This document shows, one piece after another, positions 41,001 to 51,675 of a DNA stretch of 64,000 bases (its first letter is position 1; every line of letters begins with the position of its first letter). The position numbers were made by a program, and so were the translations under genes. The notes below the pieces were generated by a model. That model was not told the origin of the DNA and made no database searches. It saw only the letters and a list, made by a program, of their open reading frames with translations. This stretch comes from an uncultured Verrucomicrobiae bacterium (GTDB lineage Bacteria; Verrucomicrobiota; Verrucomicrobiia; Limisphaerales; Palsa-1400). The DNA is taken from assembly GCA_963707025.1 (NCBI GenBank), contig CAVPOM010000003.1, positions 96,001 through 160,000 on the forward strand. Direction: 5' to 3'.

Positions 41001-44000
41001 TTACTTCCCCGCCGCCGGCCCGCCAATCGCCACAATTGGCGATGCGGCTCCATTGTTCCGGCCCGCCTGCGGCCGGATGGGCAGATGCAGTTCGACTCGC
41101 GTTCCGCAGCCCGGATTGCTGATCACCACGCAACGGCCGCCGATGGCCGCCAGGCGATTTTCCAAATTCAACAGCCCCGAGCCGGAAGCCAGGCGCAGGC
41201 CCCCGGCGGCCGCCAGCCCGCCGGGCTGGCGGGCGTCAAACCGTGGCCGTTGTCCTCCACCACCAAGATCAATCCATCCGGCTGAAGGAGCAGGCGCAGC
41301 CAGACTTCGCTGGCATTGGAATGCTTGACGATGTTGTTGAGCGTTTCCTTCAGCGCCAGGAATAAATGGTAACGCAACTCGGTGTCCACCCGCGCCTCCG
41401 GCAGCGCGCCGGGCATGTCCATGCGGCAGCGCATGCCCGCCGTGCGCAGAAAATCCTCCGCATAGGCCGAGGCGTAGTCCATGAACCCGCTGAAGGTGTC
41501 GTGCTGCGGATCCACCGCCCAGACGATTTCATCCATCGCCCGCGTCAATTGCCGGGCGGATTGGGAAATGCGGTCCAGGTGGGCGGCGGAGTGTTCCGGT
41601 TCGCGGCGCGCCAATTCGCTCAAGAGGGTGATCTGGGTCAGGCCCGCGCCGATATCGTCATGGATGTCCTTGGCGATGCGGGCACGGTCCCGCTCGATGG
41701 CATGTTGCTGCTCCAACCGGGCCAATTGGCGCCGGTATTTCCGGGCCGAGGCGGCCCGCACGCCCGCGCCCACTCCGGCCAGCGCCACCGCCCCGCTGAA
41801 CGCCAGAAACCACCCCGCTTCATACCAATAAGGTTCCACCCGAAACGCCACCGCGGCCCCCGTCCGGTTCCAAATCCCGTCACCATTGCAGGCCGTCACC
41901 TGGAAGACATAATTATTGGGCGGCAGATGCCAATACTGGGCCGTGGGCCGCTTCGGGTCGGTTTCCGCCCAGGCGGTGTCCAGTCCCTCGATGCGAAAGC
42001 GAAAGCGCGTCTTGTCCGGCGCGTCGAAATTCAGGGCCGTGAAGCGGAATTCAAACTGGTTGTGCCCCGGACCCACCAGCAGCTTGCCCGCTCCCAGCGC
42101 CTGCGCTTCGTTATCCACCCGCATCTCTTCGATCACCACCGGAGGGGGGACGGAATTGGCCGTCAGTTCCGCCGGATTAACCGAGACGACCCCGGCGGTG
42201 GTGGTGAACCAGAGGCGGCCGTCGCGCCCCCGCCAGCACGCCGGCTGATAACGGTCCGAGCATTCCAGGGTTGGCAGCCCGTCAAAGGTTCCGTAAGCCG
42301 CGCAATCCACCACACTTTTGGCGTGGCTGGCCACCGCGTCCAACTCCGTCTTGTCCACCCGGTAAATGCCTTGATGGGTCCCCAGCCAGAGCCGGCGGCG
42401 GTCGTCTTCCAAAATCTGGGAAATGACATCCACCGGCAGCCCTTCCTGGGCGGTGAAACGTGTGAACTTGCCCTCCTTGAACCGGAGCAGCCCGCCCCGG
42501 AACGTCCCCGCCCAGACCACCCCGTTCTTGTCCGCCAGCAACGACCAAATCGGCTGGTCCGCCAGCGCGTCGTTCGGTCGAAACCCCTTCAACTTGTCCC
42601 CGTCGCTCCGATAAAGCGTCCCATTATCAGCCCCGCACCACACTGTTCCGTCGGCCCCTTCCGCCAAGGCCCGCACCGCCGGCAGGGCCGCGCCGTCCTC
42701 CGTTTCAATGGCGTGCCGCCCCGCCGGCGACCACCAGGAAACGCCCGCCTTGGTGCCCGCCCAGAGACGGCCGGCGCAATCGCTTAAAATAGATTTGACT
42801 CCATGCACCTCCCACGGCGCCCGTTCCACCCGCCCGTCGCGAAAGTCGAACAAATCCTCCCCCTCCCCCGCGCTCAGCCATAAGCCCCCTCGGGCCGCGG
42901 GTACATGGAAAACACAAAATTCGCCGCCGCGCTGTTCCCCACCGAAAAGGCCGTGATCTTTTCCCCCTCCCTCCGGCACAAACCTCCCTCCGCCGTCCCT
43001 ATCCACACCGCCCCGTCCCGGTCTTCGCAGACGGACATGGCGGCCCGCGCCGTCAGGCCTTCCGCCCTGCCGATCACCTGAAACCGCCGGTCATGCAGCC
43101 GCGCCAGCCCGCCCTGGTCAATCCCCAGCCAGATGCCCCCGTCATGCCCTTCCAGCCAGGCTCCAATCCGGTTCCCCAGCAGCCCGTCCCGCGTGGTCAG
43201 CCGCTCATGCCGCCCTTCCGGGGTGATGTGAAAGACGCCATTGCCATAATGATTAAACCACACGCCCCCCGACCGGTCCTCGTGCGCCCCCATGGCCCGG
43301 CCCGAAGCCGGCCCCAGCAATCCGCGCCACTCCGTCACTTCCTCCACCCACTGCCGCCCCGTCTGTTTGCGCAACCGGTCCCCGTCCAAAACCCACAGCG
43401 CCCCGGACCGGGTGGGAAAAAGCATCGGCCGGCTGCAAATTGGCCTCCCCGTTCGTCGGCGTCATCGTCTCGAACCGGCTCCCGTTCCAGCGGCCAATCT
43501 CATTCTCCGCGCCGGCCCAGACCGCCCCGCGCGCATCCGCCACCAGCGTCAGCACCCGTTTGCTGCCCAGGCCGCCGTTCTCCGGCAAGGCGGTGAATTC
43601 CTTGTCCACCACCCGGATGATGTTTCCTTCCCGCGACAGAAACCACAAAATGCCGTTCCGGTCCACACACTGGAACAGCGGCCGCATCTCGCCCGGCGGT
43701 GTCAGCGTGTTCCAACTGCTTTGCCGCGGCGGGCCATGACCGCCGCGGGCGGGCTCCTCGCCAGGACCGTCCAGCTTGTGCTCAAACACCGTCCCGAACT
43801 GGGTGACAAACACCACCGCATTGGACGACGAGGAAACCAGCCTCGTGTGCAGATCAAACACCGCCTGATCCGGCAACTCCCGGCGAAACACCCCGTTCTT
43901 CAAGGCCGTCAGCCCCCCGCGGAACGTGTTGATCCAGAGCGTGCCCGTCACGTCCACATCCAACTCCTGAATGCGCGCGTGGTTCAGGTGATCAAAGGTG

Positions 44001-44254
44001 ACAAAGCGCGACCCGTCAAAGCGCGCCAGCCCGTCGTAGGTTCCCAGCCAAAGATAGCCATCGGGCGTTTGCGCGATGCTGGTGACAGTGCTATTCGGCA
44101 GGTTTTTCTCCGTGCCCCACACATCCACCAGATAAGCCGCCGGGGCAGCGGACGCCAGACGCGCTCCCCCGGCGACGAACAGCAGGGCCATTCCCGCCGA
44201 AGCCAGGCGGCGCCGCGCCGGGCGGGCAGATGGGCAACAGACCGGCAAGGGCAT
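41001..44254 (-). CDS. Sensor histidine kinase (beta-propeller + Y_Y_Y + HisKA_3/HATPase); three frameshifts in this sequence
   Basis: QTPDGYLWLGT..GLARFDG, repeated ED..G.LW.GT blades, ERDRARIAKDIHDDIG, ETLNNIVKH, EDNG.G; frame breaks near 43428, 42887 and 41220; final frame SGLLNLENRL ends at TAA 41001. Confidence 0.85.
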
Positions 44255-44321
44255 GCCCTCCACTATGGAAAAATTGCCCCGGCAAAGCAAGCCGCGTCTG
44301 GCGAGCTGTCGGAACGCGCGG

Positions 44322-44618
44322 CTAAAAGGCGGCCATCAGCCCCTTGCGATACTCGTCAAACGCGGCGCGGCCCGCGCGCGTCAGCCGCAGCAGCGTCATG
44401 GGCACTTTGCCGCGATAGGTCTTCTCAATCTCCACGTAGCCGGCCTCCTCCAAACGGGCCAGATGGCTGGACAGGTTGCCCTTGTTCATCTCCGTCTCGT
44501 GCAGCAGGTAAAGGAAGTCGCATTCCTTCACCAGGGCGAGCAGGGATACAATCATCAGCCGCCCGGGTTCATGAATGACCCGGTCCAGTCCGGCAATGGC
44601 TTGCAGTTGCTCGTTCAT
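44322..44618 (-). CDS. Winged-helix transcriptional regulator (ArsR/MarR-like)
   Basis: LDRVIHEPGRL.I...GNLSSHL.RLEEAGYV..K...T...LT..GR.AF. Confidence 0.88.
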   Translation of the reverse strand: MNEQLQAIAGLDRVIHEPGRLMIVSLLALVKECDFLYLLHETEMNKGNLSSHLARLEEAGYVEIEKTYRGKVPMTLLRLTRAGRAAFDEYRKGLMAAF

Positions 44619-45415
44619 TCGGTTTCCGGGGCGGGCGGCGGGGTGCGCTGAAGATACGAATAAAGGGTGGCCCCGCCGGAGACGAGCCACACCAGCCCCA
44701 TGAACAACATCACCGGCCGCGACAGCTCGATAAAATTGCCGGGCACGAGCAGATTAATTTCAAGAGGTCCCAGCACGATGAGGGCCAGGAGGAGCAACTT
44801 CCACGGTTGTTTCCTGATCGTGGCGGCGACCATCATCAAGTATAAACACCCGCTCGGCACCACCAGCAAGGCCAGCAGGGTTCTTCGGGCAAGACCGATC
44901 GGGCCGGGGCTGATCGGGCTGGGGTTGATGGTGCCGGGGCTGATCGCGCCCGTGTGCCGCATCTCGGACATCAAAAAGAATGCCAAACCGAGACTGATTA
45001 CCACCGAAACGACCACGCCGGCCACCATCCCTATCCGGAAGGATTTTGTATCCCGCTGGTAGGCGACATAGCCGGTGCGCGGCCAGGTGAGGTATTTCTT
45101 GATGGCCTTGTGGATGCAGTACAGCCCGAAGGCCCCGACGCCGAACAGCAGCCAGGCGATTAAATGGGTCCACGCCGAAGTCCCTGGCAGGAGGAGATAC
45201 GTGTAGCTCGACAGGGCAAAGCCCAGCCACATCGTCGCACAGGCAATCTCTCCGGCCCCGTCTATCGCCTCATAGCGCATGGGCCGCAGCATGGTCTTTT
45301 GAATCCGTGCGTTTTCTTTCGCCGCGCGGATGAATTCGTCGGTGCGCCCCTCCCGCTGGGCGCGTCGGATGGCCCGGGCCATCTGGAGGTATTCTCGAAG
45401 AGGATTGTTCATCAC
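44615..45415 (-). CDS. Integral membrane hypothetical protein
   Basis: About six hydrophobic segments, TWPRTGYV motif; stop overlaps the regulator start. Confidence 0.7.
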   Translation of the reverse strand: MMNNPLREYLQMARAIRRAQREGRTDEFIRAAKENARIQKTMLRPMRYEAIDGAGEIACATMWLGFALSSYTYLLLPGTSAWTHLIAWLLFGVGAFGLYCIHKAIKKYLTWPRTGYVAYQRDTKSFRIGMVAGVVVSVVISLGLAFFLMSEMRHTGAISPGTINPSPISPGPIGLARRTLLALLVVPSGCLYLMMVAATIRKQPWKLLLLALIVLGPLEINLLVPGNFIELSRPVMLFMGLVWLVSGGATLYSYLQRTPPPAPETE

Positions 45416-45689
45416 AGACCAGTTTGCAACACAAACCGATTTGTGGCAAGAACTATTTTCAACTTTTTTTCTCAGGGCCGCCCGCTCGCGCCTTTCTTGG
45501 GAAATGGCATCGCCTTAGTCGTGCGTGGCAGCGCGGGCGGAGGGATGAGAAACCAAACCACGCAAAGGGCCAGCGCTTTCATCACCCCAACGGCATGGCA
45601 CTAATCCGCCGCCCTGGCAATCATTGAGATTTGCATATATCATTTAGCATTTTGCATTTTCCATTCCCGCCGTTACCCTGCATCTACGA

Positions 45690-47036
45690 ATGAAGATTGC
45701 CGTTTTTGGAACAGGCTACGTCGGCTTGGTCTCGGGCGTTTGCCTGGCGGCCAAGGGCCACGAGGTCGTTTGCCTGGATCTCCGCGCCGAGGTCGTCGAA
45801 AAGCTCAACCGCGCCCAGCCCCACATCCACGAACCGGGCCTGCCGGAACTGCTCCGCAACGTCCTTGCCGAAAAGCGTTTCCGCGCCACCTTGTCCCGCG
45901 ACGACGCCCTCCAGGACGCCGCCCTCATTCTCATCGCCGTCGGCACCCCGACGGCCGACGGCAGGATTGACCTCCAGCACATCGCCGCGGCGGCGCGGCA
46001 AATCGGGGCCTGGTTAAAATCCGCCGGGCGCTTCGTCGCCGTGGTGGTCAAAAGCACCGTGGTGCCGGGGACCACCGACGGGCCGGTGCGAAACATCCTG
46101 GAGGAATCCTCCGGCAAAAAACTCGGCCAGTTCGGCCTGGGCATGAATCCTGAATTCCTCCGCGAAGGCAATGCCGTGGCCGATTTCATCAACCCCGACC
46201 GCATCGTTCTGGGGCACGAAGACGAGGAAACCCGCCGCCTGCTGGGCGAGTTGTACCGCCCCTGGTCGTGCGAAAAGCTGGAGGTCAACACCCGCACCGC
46301 GGAAATGATCAAATACGCCAACAACTGCCTCCTCGCCACCCAGATCTCCGCCGTCAACGAACTGGCCAACCTCTGCTCCCGAATCGGCAACTTGGATGTC
46401 CTGCAAGTCATGGCCGGCGTGCATCTCGACAGAAGATGGAACCCGCTGGACGCCGCAGGCAGGCGCGTCAACCCCCCCATTCTGAGTTATCTGTTGCCCG
46501 GCTGCGGTTTCGGCGGCAGTTGCTTTCCCAAGGATCTGCAGGCCCTGCGCACCCTGGGCCGCGACCGCGGCCTGCCCATGTCCCTGGTGCAGGCCGTGCT
46601 CGACATCAACGAACGCCAGCCCTCCCAAGTGGTCGCTTTGCTTGACACAAAACTCAAGCCGCTGGCCGGCAAGAAAATTCTCCTCCTCGGCCTGGCCTTC
46701 AAGCCGGACACCGATGACGTGCGCGAATCCGCCTCCCTGGCCATCCTGCGCGAGCTGATCGCGCAAGGCTGCGCCGTGACCGCCCATGATCCTGTGGCCG
46801 GCGAAAAGGCGCGCCAGGAATTGCCCGGCACGCCCTTCCTGCTGACGCAGGATTGGCAGGGCGCCGTCGGCGGCGCCGACGCGGTGGTGGTGGCGACGCA
46901 ATGGCCGGAATACGCCGGACTGAAAATGCCGGCCCTGGCCGGGGCCCTGGCGGGGAAGGTGGTGCTCGACGCCCGGCGCATGTTTCGCCCGGGGGATTTC
47001 CCGAATTATCTGGCCATCGGACGGCGCATGTTATAA
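45690..47036 (+). CDS. UDP-glucose/GDP-mannose dehydrogenase family protein
   Basis: GTGYVGL, KSTVVPGTT, NPEFLREG, GFGGSCFPKD, GLAFKPDTDD.RES. Confidence 0.93.
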   Translation: MKIAVFGTGYVGLVSGVCLAAKGHEVVCLDLRAEVVEKLNRAQPHIHEPGLPELLRNVLAEKRFRATLSRDDALQDAALILIAVGTPTADGRIDLQHIAAAARQIGAWLKSAGRFVAVVVKSTVVPGTTDGPVRNILEESSGKKLGQFGLGMNPEFLREGNAVADFINPDRIVLGHEDEETRRLLGELYRPWSCEKLEVNTRTAEMIKYANNCLLATQISAVNELANLCSRIGNLDVLQVMAGVHLDRRWNPLDAAGRRVNPPILSYLLPGCGFGGSCFPKDLQALRTLGRDRGLPMSLVQAVLDINERQPSQVVALLDTKLKPLAGKKILLLGLAFKPDTDDVRESASLAILRELIAQGCAVTAHDPVAGEKARQELPGTPFLLTQDWQGAVGGADAVVVATQWPEYAGLKMPALAGALAGKVVLDARRMFRPGDFPNYLAIGRRML

Positions 47037-47059
47037 TCCATGCCGCTCGAAATCATCCT

Positions 47060-48328
47060 ATGTATCCGGCACATCACAGCGTCAAAGCGGGTCATCAATC
47101 CCGCTGCCAGGTTTGCCATTCGGATAAAATCCGCCTGGTTCTGGACCTCGGCCACCAGCCGCTGTGCGACACCCTGCTCACCCAGGAAATGCTCGACCAG
47201 GCCGAGGCCACCTATCCCCTGCGCATGTGCTGGTGCCCGGATTGCACGCTGGTGCAGATTGATTATTGCGTGGACGGCTCGCTGGTTTACCACCCGGATT
47301 ACCCCTACCGCAGCGGCATCACCAAGGAACTTTCCGAATACCAGGTCAACATCAGCAAGTCTCTCATTGCCCAGTACGGCCTGCGCCCCGCCAACCTGGT
47401 CATAGACATCGGCTCCAACGACGGCACCCTCCTGAGCGGTTTCCAGCGCGACGGCATCCGCGCCCTCGGCGTCGAGCCGACCAACATCGCCCGGATCGCC
47501 CGCGAAAACGGCATTGATACCGTCCAGGAATTTTTCACCGTCAAGACCGCCCGCGCCATCAAGAAAAAATACGGCCCCGCCGCCCTCATCACCTCCACCA
47601 ACATGTTCGCCCACATGGCCACCATCGGCGAGGTGGTCACCGGCATTGAACTCCTGCTCCAGGACGGCGGCGTGTTTGTTTCCGAGACGCATTATCTTCT
47701 GGACGTCCTCCAGGGCGGCCAGTTCGACACCATTTATCACGAGCATCTGCGGACTTACTCGCTCCGATCGCTCATCCGGCTCTTCGACTATTACAATTTT
47801 ACCATCACCGGCGCCGAACGGGGCAGCCGCTACGGCGGCAATCTCCGCATCCATGCCACCAAGGGCAAAAACCTGCCGGCCGGGCAAAACGTCGCCGACC
47901 TGCTCGCGCTGGAGGAAGAGGCCGGCCTGGGCAAATTGGAGACCTACCAAACTTTCGCCCGGCGCGTGCAAAGGGCCAAAAAGGAATTCACCAGCTTCAT
48001 TTTCCAGGCCGCGCAACAGGGAAAATCCGTCGTGGGCAATTCCTGCCCGGCCCGCTCGGCCACGCTCCTGAACTATTACGGCATGGACCCGGATTGGATT
48101 CCCTACATCGCCGAACAACCCACCTCGCTCAAGCTCTGGAAATTCCTGCCCGGCAAACACATTCCCGTCGTCAACAATGAAATCCTGATCAAAGAGCAGC
48201 CCGATTACGTCATTTTGCTCGCCTGGCATTACGCCGAACCGATCCGCAAACAACTGGAAGCCCGCGGGCTGAAATCCGATTTCATCGTGCCGCTGCCCGA
48301 CTTCCACATTGTCAGGAACGGCTCATGA
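47060..48328 (+). CDS. NDP-sugar C-methyltransferase-like protein (Zn-binding + class I SAM)
   Basis: CQVC...LDLG.QPL...C..C.LVQ, IDIGSNDG, FDTIYHEH, LAWHYA, FIVPLP. Confidence 0.85.
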   Translation: MYPAHHSVKAGHQSRCQVCHSDKIRLVLDLGHQPLCDTLLTQEMLDQAEATYPLRMCWCPDCTLVQIDYCVDGSLVYHPDYPYRSGITKELSEYQVNISKSLIAQYGLRPANLVIDIGSNDGTLLSGFQRDGIRALGVEPTNIARIARENGIDTVQEFFTVKTARAIKKKYGPAALITSTNMFAHMATIGEVVTGIELLLQDGGVFVSETHYLLDVLQGGQFDTIYHEHLRTYSLRSLIRLFDYYNFTITGAERGSRYGGNLRIHATKGKNLPAGQNVADLLALEEEAGLGKLETYQTFARRVQRAKKEFTSFIFQAAQQGKSVVGNSCPARSATLLNYYGMDPDWIPYIAEQPTSLKLWKFLPGKHIPVVNNEILIKEQPDYVILLAWHYAEPIRKQLEARGLKSDFIVPLPDFHIVRNGS

Positions 48329-48345
48329 AAGGCACGGTACGAATT

Positions 48346-48396
48346 TGTAGCGTCGAGCCTGCGGCTCGAAATCGGCGCGCAGCGCCGACACTACAA
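48346..48396. repeat. REP-like element (uninterrupted copy of 29296-29377)
   Basis: TGTAGCGTCGAGCCTGCGGCTCGAAATCGGCGCGCAGCGCCGACACTACAA. Confidence 0.75.
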
Positions 48397-48419
48397 CCAT
48401 CAAGCAAGCACACGACCCC

Positions 48420-49451
48420 ATGAAAACTCGGGTTGCAGTTGTGGGATCGGGCTTTGGTTTGTACGGCCTCCTGCCCGCCTTCCAGCAAATCCCCGACTGC
48501 GCCGCCGTCGGCATCTTTGGCGAAAGCAGCGACCGTTTGCTCAATTATTGCCGGCAAACCGCCGTCCCCTTTTTCCGCGACTGGCGCGGCATGCTCGAGC
48601 AATGCCGGCCCGACGCCATCGCCGTCGCCGTCATCCCCCGCCACCAGCACGAGATCATCGCTCATGCCCTGGCACGCGGCATTTCCGTCTTTGCCGAAAA
48701 ACCCCTTGCCGTGGACCTCGCACAAGCCAAAGCGTTGCTCGAACAAGCCCGCGCCAAAAAAGTGGCCCACATGGTGGATTTCCTTTTTCCCGAAATTCCC
48801 GAATGGCGTCGCGCCAGGGAACTTCTCGAACAAGGCGCGATTGGCCGGCCGCTCCATTGTCAAATGAACTGGCGCTTTCTCAGCCACGACATCAAACACA
48901 AGACGCAAGGCTGGAAAACCCGCCCGGAGGAAGGCGGCGGCGCTCTCTCCTTTTACTTTTCCCATGCCTTTTACAACCTGGAGTTTTTCCTGGGAAAAAT
49001 GCAAAGCCTGCGCTGCGGGCTGCCGGGCGCCCCGGACACTCCCGGCGCCGGCGAAACCGGGGTCAGCCTGGCCGCCTCCTTTCAAAACGGCTGCTCTGGA
49101 AACGTTATATTTGACTGCGCCTTCCCCGGCCGCCCTGAACATGCCTGGGATTTTCAAGGGGAGGCCGGCGCCCTCCTTCTGGAAAATACCGCCGCCTCCT
49201 TCACCGGTGGTTTCCAACTCACCCGCCGTCCCAAAAACGGCCCGGCGGAAAAAGTCCCCGTTCCCCCGCTCCCCTCCGATCCGTCCCTGGACGAGAGAGT
49301 CGTCCTGGTAAAATCCCTGGCCGAACGTTTCCTCTGTTGGCAGCGCGACTCCGTCCCGGCCCGCCCGGATTTTGCCGACGGCCTCCGCGTCCAGCAACTC
49401 ATCGAACTTGCCCGCCAATCCGCGCAATGCCGGCAAACCGTCCTGTGCTGA
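48420..49451 (+). CDS. Gfo/Idh/MocA family oxidoreductase
   Basis: VVGSGFG, EKPLA, GGGAL. Confidence 0.88.
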   Translation: MKTRVAVVGSGFGLYGLLPAFQQIPDCAAVGIFGESSDRLLNYCRQTAVPFFRDWRGMLEQCRPDAIAVAVIPRHQHEIIAHALARGISVFAEKPLAVDLAQAKALLEQARAKKVAHMVDFLFPEIPEWRRARELLEQGAIGRPLHCQMNWRFLSHDIKHKTQGWKTRPEEGGGALSFYFSHAFYNLEFFLGKMQSLRCGLPGAPDTPGAGETGVSLAASFQNGCSGNVIFDCAFPGRPEHAWDFQGEAGALLLENTAASFTGGFQLTRRPKNGPAEKVPVPPLPSDPSLDERVVLVKSLAERFLCWQRDSVPARPDFADGLRVQQLIELARQSAQCRQTVLC

Positions 49452-49731
49452 GTCTCATTTGAGGCGCGCCACAGTCTGGCGCGCCGCGGCGGACAGCGGA
49501 GCGCCCTTCCTGTGCCCGGGACGGAAGCGCCGCGACAGGGGCATGCGTCATGGAATATAAACAGCTTAACGCCGCCATGAAATCAAGTGCCTCAATGAAT
49601 TTGCCGGCAGGATCAAAACTGGCGGCTATTACTTATATTAAGATCTTCCCCAAACAGAGGGGCTTAAGTTGCCAGCCGTGGCTTCCAGCCACGGCAAATC
49701 CTGCGGGAATGAGCCTGACTCGCGCTGGCCG

Positions 49732-50523
49732 TCAGCGCCGGGCGGTGGAGTAACCGTGGATGACAAACTTGTGGCCGGCCCAGGCGTAGCCTCCCAGGTC
49801 ATCGAATGAGACGTTATAGAGGCCGGTGATTTCCTGCCAGGCCTTGCGCTCGCCGTGGTTATTGGACGCCCGGTTGCAATCCCAGTCGTCGAAATAGACC
49901 AGGGCGCCCTCCGTGAGCGCATTTGTTTTGAACATGAACTCAAGCACCTCATAGGCCGAGGCATACAGATCGGAGTCAATATGAATCATCGCAAAACGCT
50001 GTCCCGCCGGAATCTTCGGGAGAGTGTCCGAAAACCAGCCTGCGTAGATTTTTATGGAGTCCGCGCGGATGCGTTTGCCGCACCAGGCGCGCAATTGCGC
50101 CGGCGAGGCTCCTTTCAACTGCCCCTTGGCCCATACCCCCAGCTTGACATGCTCATTGTCCAGGTCGGCCGGATGGCGGGCTTCCGGCATTCCTTCAAAA
50201 CTGTCAAACAGGTGCAGGGACTTGTCCGCCCGGTAGAGCTGCATGGCGGTGGCAATGACCTTGGCCGTGCGCCCCGTCTGCGTTCCAAATTCCGCAATGT
50301 CCCCCTCCACGGCCGAGTGGACGGTGTATTGCACTCCCATGATCAAACTTTCCGCGATCAAGCGGAAGCCCAGGGCATCGTACCCATACTTGATGCTTTC
50401 CCGGGTGCTCGTCATGGACCGGGTCTCCGGCAGGCTGGCCAAAGGGCTGCACAATCGGCAGATCACCTTTTCCCAAAAGCCCGCCGGTCTCATCGGGTTT
50501 TGATTTTTTAACGGTTCCGTCAT
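49732..50523 (-). CDS. TylF/MycF/NovP-like O-methyltransferase
   Basis: VEGDIAEFG, FDSFEGMP, GWFSDTL, HIDSDLY.S, FDD. Confidence 0.88.
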   Translation of the reverse strand: MTEPLKNQNPMRPAGFWEKVICRLCSPLASLPETRSMTSTRESIKYGYDALGFRLIAESLIMGVQYTVHSAVEGDIAEFGTQTGRTAKVIATAMQLYRADKSLHLFDSFEGMPEARHPADLDNEHVKLGVWAKGQLKGASPAQLRAWCGKRIRADSIKIYAGWFSDTLPKIPAGQRFAMIHIDSDLYASAYEVLEFMFKTNALTEGALVYFDDWDCNRASNNHGERKAWQEITGLYNVSFDDLGGYAWAGHKFVIHGYSTARR

Positions 50524-50797
50524 TTTACGTTGCCGCTAGGCTCAAGGAACGGCCCCCGCCAAGTCAAGCTAATCTTCCGCCAGAGCCGGCCCGGCGCTCC
50601 GGACCACCTCTGCGGGCGCGTTCCGACAGCCTGGCGCAATTGAAAAAACAATGCCTGGCCGTCGCCAGCAGATCCACGGTGACAGCAACCTGGTTCCAAC
50701 GCCAGCAACACAGGCTCCAGAGGGATTATATAGCCGGCCTCAATCGCGCAAGAAACGGCTCTTCCCATGAGCTTTGACGCTCGCGGCCAGGCCACCC

Positions 50798-51559
50798 TCA
50801 CAGCCCCGTCGGATGATCCAAAAAAACCCACGGAACACGGAATTTTTTTGACAGCTCCGCCGCCAGGGCTTTGACGCCAAAAGTCTCCGTCGCGTAGTGG
50901 CCTCCGTAAAAAACATTGACCCCCAGCTCTTCCGCCAGCGCGCAGGTCCAGTGCGGCCCTTCCCCGGTGATGAACGTGTCCACTCCTTCCGCCGCCGCCG
51001 CCTGCAAATGGCTCCCCGCCCCGCCCGTCACCACGCCGATGCGCCGGCACCACGCCGGTCCGCCCGGCACGACCGTGGGCGCCCGGCCCAGCGCCCGCCC
51101 CAGCCTGTCCGCCAGAACTTCGCGCGCCACCCGGGCGCGCGTCTGCCATCCGATGGCCCGCCCTTTTTCCACAAAAAACGGCCGGAGATTCTTAAAACCC
51201 AGCGCCGCGCACAATTGCGCGTTGTTGCCCAATTGCGGATGCGCGTCCAGCGGCAAATGCGAACTGTAAACCGCCAGGTCCTTCTCGATCAGCCATTGCA
51301 GCAGCGCGCGCCGCGGCCCGGTCCACGGCGTCACCGGCCTCCAGAACAACCCGTGATGCACGATCAGCAAGTCGGCTTGCGCCGCCGCCGCCATTTTCAC
51401 CGTGGCCAGCGAGCCGTCCACCGCCGCCGCGATTTTCCTCACCGCGCCGGAGTTTTCCACCTGCAATCCGTTGGCCGCGCCTGCCTCGTCGTTAAACGTT
51501 GCGGGCCGCAGCCGTTTTTGGCAATGTCGGACTATGGCGGACAAGAATGCTTTGGACAT
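50798..51559 (-). CDS. Nif3-like dinuclear metal centre protein
   Basis: NGLQVE, VHHGLFW, HLPLDAH..GNN, GHYATE.FG. Confidence 0.93.
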   Translation of the reverse strand: MSKAFLSAIVRHCQKRLRPATFNDEAGAANGLQVENSGAVRKIAAAVDGSLATVKMAAAAQADLLIVHHGLFWRPVTPWTGPRRALLQWLIEKDLAVYSSHLPLDAHPQLGNNAQLCAALGFKNLRPFFVEKGRAIGWQTRARVAREVLADRLGRALGRAPTVVPGGPAWCRRIGVVTGGAGSHLQAAAAEGVDTFITGEGPHWTCALAEELGVNVFYGGHYATETFGVKALAAELSKKFRVPWVFLDHPTGL

Positions 51560-51675
51560 GAGGGCATGAAAACAGAGACGGCGGGAATTTTCAAACGCGC
51601 AACCGGAAAATTTTTGCAACGCCTTGTTGAAATTTGCGCGCCGCTTCTTATATTGCGCAACAGCTTGAAATCAAA

